Positions 12,601-25,807 of a stretch of DNA of 64,000 nucleotides are shown here, one piece after another. Each line of letters opens with the position of its first letter. Position 1 is the first letter of the stretch. Below the pieces are notes generated by a model. It worked only from the letters and a program-made list of their open reading frames with translations, was not told the DNA's origin and did not search any database. The stretch is from Owenia fusiformis (lineage: Eukaryota): contig CAIIXF020000001.1 in NCBI GenBank assembly GCA_903813345.2, forward strand, positions 19,158,001-19,222,000. The letters run 5' to 3'. The position numbers and the translations under genes were made by a program.

Positions 12601-15600
12601 TAATTCTGTGGACTTCTTGGTACATGTAACACAACGGGGTAAAAATCCTGTTTTACAAAGTGTTTTTTTTGTCAAAATGCTTAGCAACGAAGCAATTTAA
12701 CCTTGCCTTGTAACAAGTACCATTGGAGAACTTTATATAAGTTATGTGATATTTTTTTTATGTTTTAGTAACCAGCCAGAAATCACAGATTTACTTCTGA
12801 AGAAGGGAGCAAATGTGAATGCTGTAAATAATGGTGGCTGTAGTACTCTGCATGTAGCAGTAAATAAACAACACATGAGATGTGTCAAAACTTTACTCAA
12901 ACATAAATGTAATGTCAATATACAAGTAAGTGAACCCTGTCCGTATTGTATAAGAAGGAAATTTATTTGAATTTTTTCCCTAGATTTTCCAATTGTGAGG
13001 AGCGATAAAATAACATTTCCTCATAGTAAGCGTTTCGTGTAGCGGTGTGTAAAAGCAAAGACCAGTTTAATAATTTAGCGAAACTTTCTTTTTGTCAACT
13101 TGAATTTTCGAATTAACCTGAATCATCATTTTGTGAAAATTCTAAATTGTGATTAGCAACGGTTTTTATAATGGTATGATAATTAATACCAAATGTTCAC
13201 TTCATTCCAGGACTCCTATGGAGATACAGCATTGCATGATGGGATAGGGAAGGACAGCCGAGAAATTGTCGAACTGCTCATAAGTTACCCTGGTATCGAT
13301 TTTACACTACGCAACAAAAGAGGCTTTAACGTTTTACATCACGCAGCATTGAAAGGCAATAATCAGTAAGTAGGAATTTTCATCTCTACAACTCACATGG
13401 CTTTGTAGTTTAGAGTTGCAATAATGATCCCTGAATGGGGGAGAGATTTTGAAGCTGTTTCTTCATTTTTGGAAAATTTGGACAGTCTTTCCTAATGACC
13501 AGCATTTCCCTTGTATCTGTATTTAGCTTACAAAGTTGACACTTGACAGGATCTTAAAAATGCCAGCATTTCTAGAAATACCATACTAGTAGATATAAGG
13601 AGGATTATATTCTCTTAAAAACTGGTACAGAACAATTGGAAAGTCACAAATCTAAGACACCCATTCTTTCTGGATTTACAATCTCATTCTTTGTATTATC
13701 CCTGGTTTACTCTTTATCTATAGCGCAACTGAAAAAACTCTGACTAAGGCTCGCCAAATGGCAGATGTTAAGAAGGATGATGGATTTGCAGCTCTTCACC
13801 TTGCTGCTCTCAATGGACACCAAGAAGTGGCAAACACATTACTATGTCTGGTGAGTCTTTCACACAAAGTCAGTCCTACTGGTGGTTTTTTGCATTTCTG
13901 CATTTTTATTACATTTAGCTGGGCAACATTACAGTAAAACCTGTACAATCTGAACACCAATGGAACTACACAGGCCAAAAGAATCTGGAATAGCGAGAAT
14001 TCTTAATACAGTATGTGAGACAATTGGACATAAAAAAATTGGGACAGGTTTTACTGTACAGTGAATGGTTTTAATGGAACATGTGATCATGTGTACATTT
14101 CTGTTTTAGGGACAAGCTGATTTAGAAATCAGAAACAACAGGCGACAGACTCCCCTCCTCCTGGCAGTGTCTCAGGGACACACTGCTCTCATAGAACAAC
14201 TAGTCTCTAAAGGTACACATAGTAATATATGTCTTTATAATTGTTAATACTCTCATCCATCACCCTGTATGGTACACACAGTAATATATGTCTTAATACT
14301 CTCATGATAAAATAAATATATTCTTGTTAAAGCAACATTGAATTTTAGTTAGTATGTATTATCATTTTTACTGTTTTTGCAATAGGTGCAGATGTGAATG
14401 TCCAAGATGAAGATGGGGACACATGTCTACATCTGGCACTGATGAGACAAACAGTGGCCAGTGAATCAAATAATTTACCCTTTCTCACATCAGTAAGTGG
14501 CCCAAATATATAATTAAAAAGATGGTTATCAATTGAAAGTACACAGGATATATGCACTGAACAGCTAGTATATTGTTCTAGTGATTAGTATCACTTATTC
14601 AATAGTTTGATGCTGAGTCATTCCTAGATTTAAACAAGAAATCATGGTACATTATGTAAAAGAGAATACTGGAAATTTATTAAAAATGACAGATAGCCTT
14701 GCATTAATAATCCTTCTCCTTCTACTCACCCTTTAGCTACATTTTCTTGTCCTCTATATCAGAATGTTTTACTTCAGATTCGCAACGAGCTTGGCATGAC
14801 AAACCAGGAAGGTCAAACAGGTGCAGCTATAGCTTGCTACCTTGCCCAACAGGGGGCGCTACTCAACACAAAAAATCTCCAAGAAAAGACACCATTGGAC
14901 ATCATCAGTGACCCAAAGGTGGAAGAAGCAATCAAACAATTCGCAGCAGAGTTGTAAGTGCCCAAATAACTCAAAATTCATTAAATTTTTATGTACATAT
15001 ATTTTGATAATATATACATCAGTACTGTATAAACTAACAAAACATACATAACACAAAAAAGGGAATATAAAGTATCTAATAATTAATGTTCAGTGTGCTG
15101 TACTGAGCTGCATTGTACTGTACTGTGCAATGCTGTGCTGAGCTGAAGTTTCCTGTGTTGTGCTGTACTCTGCTGTAATATATTTTACGAGCAGAGTACC
15201 AAACTATAAATTTTATAATATACAATACTGAATACAGGCCACTAAGGCAATGTAGAAGAGGTGAAAGATGCAATCAATATTTTGATGCTGTATTTCAGTG
15301 CTGCTGGCAATAGTACAGAACTGCCTGTAACTGATCAAGCAGAGAGTGGGCCAGAGTGTATGGTGTGTTGTGACGTCTCTGCTAACGTCACATTCAAGCC
15401 ATGTGGTCACAGAATCGTCTGCTCAGACTGCTGTGTTAAGATGAAGAAATGTCTAGTCTGTCAAGGAATCATTGAGAAAAAAATTGGAAAAGGTATGCGT
15501 TTGTTTTTTTGCATTAAATTCAATGATTCATTTCGATGTAATTATAGTTTTATAAAAAGAGCAATATCTAAGCCTTACTAATATATCTATTATCTATACT

Positions 15601-16085
15601 TATATCTGTATCAATTTACATTAAATGTATTAATTTTGTTGATTTTTCATCTATAAAACACATTATGACATTTGATATAATGATAAGAAATAAGGTAGAA
15701 ACATTACAGAATTCATTGCTGTATATGTATATGTAAAAGTGATAATTACGCCTTGAAAGAATCTCAGAACATGTATTTCTGACTTGTTCTATACATTCAT
15801 GTGGTGTTTCATGATAACATGTGGTATGTCATGATTCCAGGTGGTTTATTAATGGCTCCTAGCCCAACAGCAGGCGTCAGACAGGAGAACGCAGCTCAAG
15901 TACAGGACTTAATAAAAAGAATGCAGGACTTAGAGGACGCAGTGAATTGTTCAATATGTTTGGAGAATAAACGATCTGTAGCGTTCTTATGTGGACATGG
16001 CGCATGTCAAGTTTGTGCTCAACCTTTACGAGTCTGCCACATGTGCCGGAAACCTATAACAAAGAAAATCAATCTCTTTAACTAA
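3676..16085 (+). CDS. MIB2: E3 ubiquitin ligase mind bomb 2, 3' part (MIB repeats, ankyrin repeats, two C-terminal RING fingers); 5' exons lie upstream of the window
   Basis: 14 GT-AG exons with compatible phases: 3676-3815, 5298-5408, 7520-7624, 8127-8301, 9212-9348, 12260-12408, 12769-12925, 13211-13365, 13724-13850, 14110-14212, 14386-14492, 14778-14953, 15299-15492, 15841-16085 (TAA). MIB repeats read FKVGDKVRV..MQEGHGGWNPKMAE/YIAKVGTVHRITERGDVRVQY..RWTFHAGALTK and FQVGHGEWTDNM..GRVLKVYTDGDLRV..WTFNP. Ankyrin repeats include GKTALQVASHQG, DGDTALHY, GDTALHD, GFNVLHHAALKGN and DDGFAALHLAALNGH. RINGs are CMVC..PCGH..CSDC..CLVC and CSIC..FLCGHGACQVC..CHMCRKPI. Two rather than three RINGs and the GGWNPxMAE motif favour MIB2 over MIB1. 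Confidence 0.93.
5351..5560. repeat. 105-bp tandem duplication spanning a MIB2 exon end and donor site
   Basis: 5351-5455 vs 5456-5560, two substitutions. Confidence 0.95.
5561..5756. repeat. Minisatellite (AAATGGTACAGCTATATCTACAGCTA and variants)
   Basis: Directly visible repeats seeded from the end of the 105-bp duplication. Confidence 0.85.
7647..7760. mobile_element. Left-end fragment of a CAGT/TA MITE
   Basis: TA|CAGTAAAACCTGTC followed by TAGTGAACAC repeats; no right TIR seen. Confidence 0.5.
8404..8474 (+). mobile_element. HINE-like 3' end fragment
   Basis: (GACA/GACG)n microsatellite followed by the imperfect hairpin CCCCAC..GTGGGG and ACATAA. Confidence 0.45.
8657..9220. repeat. 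~82-bp tandem array (7 units), each carrying the MIB2 splice acceptor
   Basis: Unit GTCTTTGAATTCTCAACCATCTATCTCAATGAATGTACATGAATTTTATA..TTTTTTTAG-ATTCATTAG. Confidence 0.95.
9854..9859 (-). terminator. Polyadenylation signal of the lipocalin gene
   Basis: AATAAA on the minus strand ~58 nt after the TGA at 9917-9919. Confidence 0.55.
9917..11646 (-). CDS. Secreted lipocalin (ApoD/Blc/TIL-like), 212 aa, nested antisense in MIB2 intron 9349-12259
   Basis: Exons 11646-11509, 11307-11244, 10623-10459 and 10188-9917 total 639 nt, are all GT-AG and join in frame. Signal peptide MFIKLITLVVILGVANG; lipocalin SCR1 TVPKLDAALYIGRWYQ; YWIIKLGPVINNQYAYSVV; SCR3 LYVLARN; C-terminal TCPY. Confidence 0.9.
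11726..11733 (-). promoter_or_regulatory. TATA box of the lipocalin gene
   Basis: TATATAAA on the minus strand 80 bp upstream of the ATG at 11646; TGATAAG (GATA-type) motifs near 11770 and 11870. Confidence 0.6.
13932..14056. mobile_element. MITE, Tc1/mariner-pogo type (CAGT ends, TA TSD)
   Basis: TA|CAGTAAAACCTGT ... ACAGGTTTTACTG|TA. Confidence 0.75.
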
Positions 16086-16227
16086 AGTGTGACCCTCAAT
16101 TCTCCGCCAGATTACAAATCTAATGATTCTCAATACGATCTAGGATTTTGGAAAATAACTGTTGACGGCACTCACTCACAAAACTGCAGTATTATTTATT
16201 GGATAGGATTGGATTGGATTGACCTGT

Positions 16228-16340
16228 TACAAAAATTGGAAGATTTAGGTTAAACAAACTGAATGTGCATCGACTTGAATGTCGTGCTACAAAAATTGGA
16301 AGATTTAGGTTAAACAAACTGAATGTGCATCGACTTGAAT
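16228..16340. repeat. Direct duplication (53 bp, period 60) in the MIB2 3' UTR region
   Basis: TACAAAAATTGGAAGATTTAGGTTAAACAAACTGAATGTGCATCGACTTGAAT at 16228 and 16288. Confidence 0.9.
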
Positions 16341-19300
16341 ATTCTGATTTATGCTTTAGAAGCAAATTTTGGTTCTGTATCAGTACCAAATGTTTGCAAA
16401 TTGTTTATATTGATTGCTACATGTATATTGTCAGCATAATATTCTCAGAAGTCCATAATGTATAGTTACAATACATGTAAAAATCACTTAATGGAAAAGT
16501 GAGCTGAGACAAAAGATAACACCAATTTAATATATGTTTAGCAATGTAACGTCATTGAGTATGCGAGGAATATAACAGGGCTCTTACTGGGTTATATGGG
16601 TGTGGTGGATCAGGACTACTTTTTTACAAAATTACATCACAGTAGGAATTAGCTTGAAACTTGTTTACTCAGTTTTACATTACATTCATTTCGAATGCAC
16701 AAAATATAAATAGATATAATGAGTCGTTTTCTACCACAACCTGAATATTTCCTTGTGAAAGCCTTGTAGCATGATTGGTATTGTTGAATGCTTGATTGAT
16801 TGAATGAATGATTATTGAATGATTATCTGACTTGTTGAATGAATCATTCAATTGATTGGTTGAATCATTGTGATGAATTGATTCATATTTACATCGCTTG
16901 TTGGTTGTCTAATCAGTTGGATTGCTTCATCTATTGAATGTGGTTGTTATTAATTTGATTATGATATTATCTGAACATGTGCTACTTTGCAGATTTACAT
17001 GTTTTAACTAGGAGCAAGGTTAGGCCTTATTACATCTCCTTGGTAGAACATATGATAATCATAACACAGTATGTGCATTGATTATGATAATTATACTTTT
17101 CACTATAGTACAATGTACACATGTGTTTTATGTTGAGTAAGGGATCTGATCAAAATACCAATGTCCATCAAATAACTGCATTAGTCTGACCTCCCCCTGT
17201 TTACATAAGAACCTCAAATGATATTCAAAACTCCAATCCTGATGTCATGAGAACCTCAACTGTTGATGTCACAATTTGAAATGATGATGACAAAAATTTG
17301 TGTAAGTGTTAGAACAAATGTACATGTGAGTATTAGTTATATGTTTCAAAAATGAATGACCTAACATAATGATACAGCCTTTGAGCCCCCCTACCTAACT
17401 TTTGACAATTATATTGATGTTTTGAGTCAATCCCTATGAACTCTGAATTGTTTATTTACTTTATTCAGGGAGAGCGAAGAACAATCCCACAAATGCAATA
17501 TTTACGTTAGCTTCATTAAGTTTTTCATTTAGTAGCTTATTACTAAGTTATCTAGAGATAGTGATACACAATACATGTGTGTTTACATTTCCACTCTTTT
17601 TCCCAAATGAATTTAAGACTGACTGCCCTTCTTTTGAAATTATTCACCATATGAATCAACAGATAACCTGGTAATCCTCATACACATATATGTTCAATGT
17701 AATTCCTCTCCAACTGTTATCCCAAATAATGGAATAATAATATATAATTATTATATGCGATAATAATATAGCATATAATATTATGTCATAATTCACTTGT
17801 AAAACTGATCAAGTCTTGGATCAGACCTGTATCCCGTATTTGTCTCCCCCTTCCTGCCTCGGTGGGTTGAGGACTTTGAACGAAGGGAACCAGGAAATAG
17901 TTAGGGAGTTTATCCTTGATGCAAGACAAATTCTGACCATTTGTGTGTAATATTTTTAATGACTGGCCATTTGATCCTGAGGAACCTGAGATTTTTAGAG
18001 AGAAAAAGTATTGGAGGTTTTGTGTAATCATTTATGTAATTGAGAATTAATAATATGAATGATTTTGACAAGTTGAATAGCATTGAAGTCTTAATATTTT
18101 GAGTTTGGGATGGGTACAGTTTTCTGTTTATGATAAATCAAGGTTCAGTTGTTTTGGGGAGGAAAGTTTTGACCAAGGATAAAATAAAGTGGGTTCCCCA
18201 AGGTCTAATGGTCCTGCCTGTAAGTACTAACATCTAACATATGCATGAGATGCTGTGTTGTGACAATCACTGTTTCTGAAATGGTGCTTCAAATGTGGAC
18301 CAATCATAATTTAGTTGTTATGCATATCCTCCAATCACAGGGCTTCAGACCTTAACAAGTTTAGTGGTCAGTATCCATCATAGGTTGAAAAGTGCAATCG
18401 TCAATTCTCATTTTCCATTTTAGGAAATATTGTAATGGCCATCGATGGTTGAAAAAGTCATGAGATGATGTCAATTCTTTTCTGCCATTCATAGAGAATA
18501 TGGTAATTGATACTGACCAGTTAAGTTACTTTTTGGATGGGATCTGGAGTCCCTGTGTTTGGTGGATGTCTTGTACCAAGTGCAATGATTCATTATCTCT
18601 TACAACAAACAGGTGTATTATATTCTACATCTGTAGAAGTATTTATAATTGAAAACTGAAGATCAACAGCAAAAGTCACCTCAATTCTTTTGCCCAAAAA
18701 GTACAAATCTTTATGATCTTATTTTGGTTGAATCTCACTACATTGCTGTTTCAAAAATGGCATAAAGTACATCTTGAAGGCTCATCTTTCAGAAACTTTT
18801 AATTTACCCTGTAGACCAAAAAAGAAACATTTTCATTCTGAGAAATGTTTAGTTGAAATGATTTGATAGAAAATATCTTTATTTATTTACATATAACCAT
18901 TATTGATTCATTTTTATGCAATTTTGATCCCCTCCCAAGAAGTACTTTGTCACATTTTTGATATCACAATGACAATATGTACATTGAATATTTAGACATT
19001 GTACATTTAAAATTAAATTGTAAATACTCTAATGTAAATATGGGTGTACATAAAATTATGTACATATTTAGGGGAATAATATATATACAGTTCATTATCA
19101 ATAAAATTGTAACATAATACATTGTACAAAACATCTATTGTACCATGCATATTTAGAGCTTACCTAGGCTAGATTTTGTAAGAATTTACCAGAAATATTA
19201 TATTGTTGTAAATGTGAGTGTTGTCAAGTAAGACAATGAAAAGACAATGCCTAATTCTCTACCATAAAAGTTGCAGCCATAAATATTGCATAAAGCCTAA

Positions 19301-20752
19301 AGTAGGGGCTTCACTGCCACTGGAGGAATTTTCAAAGTTTTAGGTTGTTTTTGGCTATTCACAGGTTTCTAAGGTGAAATCACCTATTATCTTCAAATAA
19401 AATACTATGTAATGGGTATTTTTGGTAATTTTTAGCAAAACGAATATATACTTCTCAAAAAAAGTTAAGGACCAGTGGTTTTCCTCATAGGTTTACATGT
19501 TAACCCCCATATTTGTTTGAACGACTATATATTGTATTTTTCTGATGCCAAATATACCAACTATACAGTAGCTTTATTACTAGTATGCATGTCACCCATT
19601 CATCATATATACACAAATATGCTAGAATGTTATATGCTGATCTCAATAGCATTGTTAGAGTCTTGTCAGTATTTCAGTTTAGCTAAATATATACAGATTT
19701 ATACAACATGAAAAATATATTTATTTTATGTTTAGTCAAGTAAAGTCACATGTCCAATTATACCGTCCTTGATCTTACCACATTCACTGTATAATCAGGT
19801 GTTGACAGCTATGATTGGGGGAAGGGAAGGATCCATGGCCCATTTATACCCAAGAGGAAGAAATATAAATATATTATATAAAACTATAACTCTGGCAAAA
19901 TATGAGGAAAAACATTCAGTTCCAAATTAACACCTATGCCAAATGAGCCCATATGTGCTGAAATGACACTTTTTGAACAATTATAGCACCAAATACAGTT
20001 AGTGATCATTAGATTGTTGCCAATTGTTGGAATGATATAAACTGCATTTTGTGTCATTTTGGCACTAAAATCTGCTATCATTTGGTCAATCTGGCTTGAA
20101 ACTGTAAAAATAACAACGATTTATATGAATATTTTTTTATTATTCTTTGACAAGGTGTTAACATACAATGTTTGGCAATTATTTTCTAGCTAGTCATCCA
20201 GACTATCACCTTTTAGAGTGCTGTATCACTTGATCTCTTTAAAGAGTGCTGTATCACTTGATCTCTTGAGCTTCATAAATTCTTGTTCAAGACTTATTGG
20301 TCATATTTTTTGAAATGTTGAAAGTCAATGGATAGAATGTTTAGAAATACGTTTTCGCATAATAGAAATCAAGATAAGTAAAGGAGACCGACTTGGGCAA
20401 GGCTAGCAAATTACCTATTTTGTTCTTTCTCAAGTCTTTTTTTATCGCTGAAGCCTTTGTTTAAAGCTTAAATATAAAGGATAAAATGATGTTTCAACTA
20501 GTCTCTGATTACCCTAAGCTAGTTCAATTAAGAAGCAAGAATCATTTTATAATTTGCCTTTTAGCCTATCAAGAGGTCACATCGCACATGTTGACATCTA
20601 TAGAGAGGTACATTTGAAGAGACTCCATTTGAAGAAAATCTCTATTTGGCTTGGTGAGTTCAAAGCTTTATCAGGAAAGTAGAGGGTCTGAGAAAAGACT
20701 ATTATATCAGACTTCAAAGGGGTATTGTCTTAAAAAGGGTAGTGATCTCTTA

Positions 20753-23700
20753 TCAGTGTCTCTTTTGAAGTTTCCTTTCAATGAGTCCCCAGCCAAAAAC
20801 AACAGAGCAGAAACTAAGCACTGCCATCATGATGTAGCTCCAAGTAAAGCAACGGAGCCCATAGCAATCGGTTACTCCTCCAGCCACATTGATATTAGAG
20901 TCGTATATGATACCAAATAATTTCTGAAGACCAAAACCTCCCAATCCATTCCCCACCATCATCCAACCCCAATTACGAGCGAAGTATTTCACACCAAAGT
21001 ATTCACTTAACATGGTAGGTGATAAACACCATACTGCACCATTTGCCCATCCAACAACAATGGAAGCTATCAGTAACAAAGTGTATGTGTTGCCATAGAA
21101 TATACAAATGGCAAGAATGACAGTTTGTACAATATTACTTACAATTAAGAACACTGATCTTGGGACAGAATTCACAAGTATGTCAGAAAAAAATCCGATG
21201 AGGAACTTTGATACGGTTTGGATGACTGGGATTAGTATGGTGAAGGTCGTGCTGAGATGTTCTAGATTAAATGAACGTAGGAACACGGCTATGTTGGTTT
21301 GGAACACTAGTTGGAGTCCAGCACAAAACACCATTACCCAGAAAATATACTGGAAGTCAATGTCTTTGATGAGGGATAATCCTGTCATGTCAGCTTGACT
21401 TTCAACAATAACAATGTCATCATAGTTGGAGTCCAGTCTTGTCCTGTTATCATGACTTGTTGTTTGGTTGCTATGGCTATTGTTACTAAGGAGATCATTT
21501 TGATGACGTTTATTTTGATTCTCATTGTCAGTTTGGCTGTGGATTAATTGGTTTACAATAGTTTTGTTTGTGGCACTGTGGTTACCACTCAGTTCATGTT
21601 GCATAGCAACATCCTTAGGGTTTCCCATGTAACTATGGCTACCATTAGCTGTACGACTGCCCATGTTGCCATGGGTGTCTAATCTATTCCCTTGATATAA
21701 TGTCACCTCGTTATTATCATATTTAACTGCATTTTCAAAATCAATGTCATTACTCCCCACCTGTTTCCTGTCACTTGTTGTGTTTGCCAGTCCATCATTT
21801 TGCAGCAGGGGACTCTTATCAGATACCAGCTTCTCAAAACCACTATCATATGGAAAATTTCCTAGTGCTAATATTCCAATGAAATTTGTTGCCACAAATG
21901 TTACAGCTGTGCAGAAAAAGAATCCTTTAAGGTTTTGGTTTTGTTCATCTCTGACGTGGCCATTGACAAATAAAAGTCCATATAAGGCAGCTGCAATGGC
22001 CGGTCCTGCGCTAAATGATGCGTCAAGGATTCCAATTGTTTTCCCTCGATGTTTAGGGTGAAAGTTTTTAATGTTGATCGTCATGCACGCCATGTATGTG
22101 AATGAGGCGCTCAGCCCTGCAAATATAGATGTAAAATCATATATTATTGTGGTATAGCTAAATGATAAAAAGCCTTTAATTGAAATTGGTAAAATCTAAA
22201 ATAAAGTAAATCATCTGTAATAGCTAGAAAGAAGTGTGGTTAGCTGATGGGGGGGGGGGATATTCCCAGATAATGATTTTATGTCTCACCTCCAATAAAA
22301 TTGTATATATCTATGAGATAGCTCTTTGTATGGTAAAACGCTATGCTATTTTCATTTAGTGCAGTACTCCACAACAGAAGGTACCCCAAGGCTGACATCA
22401 GCATGGCAACTAGTGAAGTGATGCGGGACCCAAATCTCTCAGTACACATGCCTGCTGGGAACCCTATGCACATTCCTAGGTTTCCCATGGCAGCAATGGT
22501 TTCAACTACAATTACAACTAGATAATGGCAACTCCGCGGAGTAGCAAATCCCAACGAACAAAATATCAATTACCGAATTCCAATCAATTATACTCATTAT
22601 TTGGTTAAAATTTAGATTTTAGAATTGCGAATTCCTGCAAAGCAGCCATTTTGAATTTTCTGGGGTACAAATCTGAAAAATAATACCATAATTGTGATCT
22701 ACTCCAAAATTCCTTCAATTTGAGTATTATATAGCCATACGTTGAAGGGATCGAAAAATTATTGCGAAATCGTACATTAGACGGCCATTTTGAATTTTAC
22801 GAGGTTCGAATCAGAAAAAAAGATAAAATATTTGCAATCTACTCTTAATTTCCTTTCATTTGAGTATAATAAAGCTATACTTCAGAAAGATCTAAAAATT
22901 AGCAAAAATTTCTGTTTTCCTGACCCCCCCCCCCCCCCCATACACGGCCCCTGGGGTCAGGATGAAAAACACAGAATATATGTGAAATAGATAGATGTTG
23001 CGAAAATACTACCAAAATTTCAAACAATAATATTAATTACTTTGGTTTAGAATGGAAAATTTATGATTTTTGCGAAAAAGTTCCGTCATTTTTAAAGCGG
23101 CAGCCATCTTGAAAAAATCCATTTTGAATTTTCTGAGGTACAAATCTGAAAAGTAATACCATAATTGTGATCTACTCCAAAATTCCTTCAATTTGAGTCT
23201 TATATAGCCATACTTTGAAGGAATCGAAAAATTATTGTGAAATCGTACATTAGACGGCCATTTTGAATTTTACGAGGCTCGAATCAGAAAAAAGATACAA
23301 TATTTGCAATCTATTCTTAAATGCCTTTCATATGAGTATAATAAAGCTATACTTCAGAAAGATGGAAAATTTATGATTTTTGCGAAAAAGTTCCGTCATT
23401 TTTAAAGCGGCAGCCATCTTGAAAAAATCCATTTTGAATTTTCTGAGGTACAAATCTGAAAAGTAATACCATAATTGTGATCTACTCCAAAATTCCTTCA
23501 ATTTGAGTCTTATATAGCCATACTTTGAAGGAATCGAAAAATTATTGTGAAATCGTACATTAGACGGCCATTTTGAATTTTACGAGGCTCGAATCAGAAA
23601 AAAGATACAATATTTGCAATCTATTCTTAAATGCCTTTCATATGAGTATAATAAAGCTATACTTCAGAAAGATCTAAAAATTAGCGAAAATTTCTGTTTT

Positions 23701-24680
23701 TCTGACCCCCCATACATGGCCCCTGGGGGTCAGGATGAAAAACACTGAATATATGTGAAATAGATAGATGTTTGGAATATATTACCAAAATTTCAAACAA
23801 TAATATTAATTACTTTGGTTTAGAATGAAAAATTTATGATTTTTGCGAAAGAGTCCCGTCATTTTTAAAGCGGCGGCCATCTTGAAAAAATTATTTTTTG
23901 CGTAAAACTATTTAGCTCAATATACATCTTTCCACCAAATATGAAGAAAATCCGTCAACCGATATTTGAGTTATCTTCCGGACGGACAGACGGACGGACG
24001 GACGGACGGACTGACAGACTGACGGACTGACGGACGGACGGAGGGCTTCACTATATCCCTACCGAACTTCGTTCGTTGGGATAATTAAAAGCATATTATG
24101 CATGGGTCATACATGTACATTGCCATACTTTTGGACTATGTGTATAATCAGTGATTAACAAATTCAGCAGGCATACATTTCTATTGCAGTAATGGAAAAA
24201 CAATTTTGATTCATTGCTATGCCATGCAAAATTTTAGACCAGGAATTTTACATTGACCGAGCAAATTTTTTTATATGCAGTAGACTTGTTTTTCATCGCT
24301 ACTTAGTCCAGATTGTTCAAGAAAACCTCGTCTGATTTAGCTTAGTATTCATATGACAAATGGATTGATTTGCATGAGTTACGCAGTAGAGTTATGTTCA
24401 GTGACTAGAATAGCATCACACACATTCAAAAGTTAGATACTGTACTTCTTAAGAAAATCCCCGATCATCCTTAAATCATCCTTAAAAAGGAAGGATACAA
24501 CGTGGCTTATTACGATGCCAAAAAAGATACAAATCTCTTACCCTCAGACTGTGTATATCCAAATGTTTTCTTCAGTGCATTAGCATAAGCATTGAATGCA
24601 TATATAGAACCAGCCACAGCCATGCCCAGACATCCTACCACCAGGCACAGTGCCCTAAGTACCATTCTACAACGTGACAT
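20753..24680 (-). CDS. Major facilitator superfamily transporter, nodulin-like/MCH1 (OFA-related) type, 572 aa
   Basis: Exons 24680-24542 ([46 protein letters not shown]), 22505-22290 ([17 protein letters not shown] motif A-like) and 22116-20753 ([63 protein letters not shown]). Total 1719 nt in frame with about 12 hydrophobic segments. Confidence 0.9.
22516..24086 (+). mobile_element. Helentron-associated (HINE/DINE-1/pearl-like) non-autonomous element with internal tandem repeats, in MFS intron 1
   Basis: 5' palindrome GCAACTCCGCGGAGTAGC (22528-22545); 12-bp subterminal IRs ATCCCAACGAAC (22548-22559) / GTTCGTTGGGAT (24071-24082); internal ~470/310-bp repeat units; (GACG/GACT)n microsatellite ~23980-24041; 3' hairpin CGAAC-TTC-GTTCG. 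Confidence 0.75.
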
Positions 24681-25807
24681 TGTCCCCTCTGATTGTACCT
24701 AATACATGAACACATGTGTGACACAGTTGTTCAGTCTCATTAAAAAAGGTTTCATTTTATACTCATCAAATAACTTTGTGATTGATTTACGAAAGTTGTC
24801 AACTCCAAATATTAATTCATTGATAGAATTTTGGAATTTCAAATTACTGAATTTCCTCCTGTAATAATTTTAACAAGATTTGTGCCAGTTGCTTTTTGTG
24901 AGTGTTTTGTGATTCAGCTCATGTGACCGTTTCTCTGCTTCCTCCTTTCAATATTTGATCATTTGGTTGATTCAATAACTCGAGTTGAAAAGTATTAACA
25001 ATGGAGTACATTTATTATCATTTTCATTAGTAATACAATTGAGAATCATAACAAGGGACAGATCATTGGACCATCTTGGGTAAAACAAATTGTCATAAAC
25101 AAGAAATTCAATCTGATAGTTTTCCAAGTGTTCAGAATATCTCTTTAGTTTTAACGTTAGAAAAGAAAATTTTCACCAGTCTTTCACAAATTTTTTCAGG
25201 TCCCCCAATGTTTGGTTCAGCCCTTGGTCAACTGTTTATTACCTCCATTGTCTCAACACTTAGTCCAGTCAACAAGCCAAGGAGAAAATCATCACATGAT
25301 ATACTAATTTGTTCATATTCCTTATCAATTCCCTTGTGTTCTATCAATGTAAAGAAGAAAATATGTAGTGTGTATTGTTCAACTTGTTATCTATCAAGTA
25401 TTATTTGAGAATCACTTCTGTTCAATGAGATATTAACTCTTTCACATCTGAAGGAGCCTGTACTATCATCAAGCATAAGATAAAGGGGACTCAGAATGAT
25501 GTAAAAGGTGAAACAATTTGTCAATGATTGAGGGCAGATTTCTGATAATTATACCTTGATATCATAAAACACGCATAATCTTAGTTTCAACTTTCACATC
25601 ACTACATATTCAATAAATACTAAAATATCTAATATATTTAATTTCATATATATTTATTACATCTTTGAAAAGAACATTGGCTTTTGCATGAACACGACCA
25701 AGATAATAATAACAATATGAAGTTTAAAGGTAACATCCTTCCAAGCTCCCATGCATACATTCATAGGCTAGGACACAGATTTAAATAATTTAACTGAACA
25801 AAGGTCC

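Noticed and set aside
3676-16085. MIB1 assignment
   Set aside because: Only two RING domains, and repeat motifs closer to MIB2.
20651-22525. Plus-strand ORFs overlapping the MFS gene
   Set aside because: Antisense shadows of a coding exon, with no independent splice or domain evidence.
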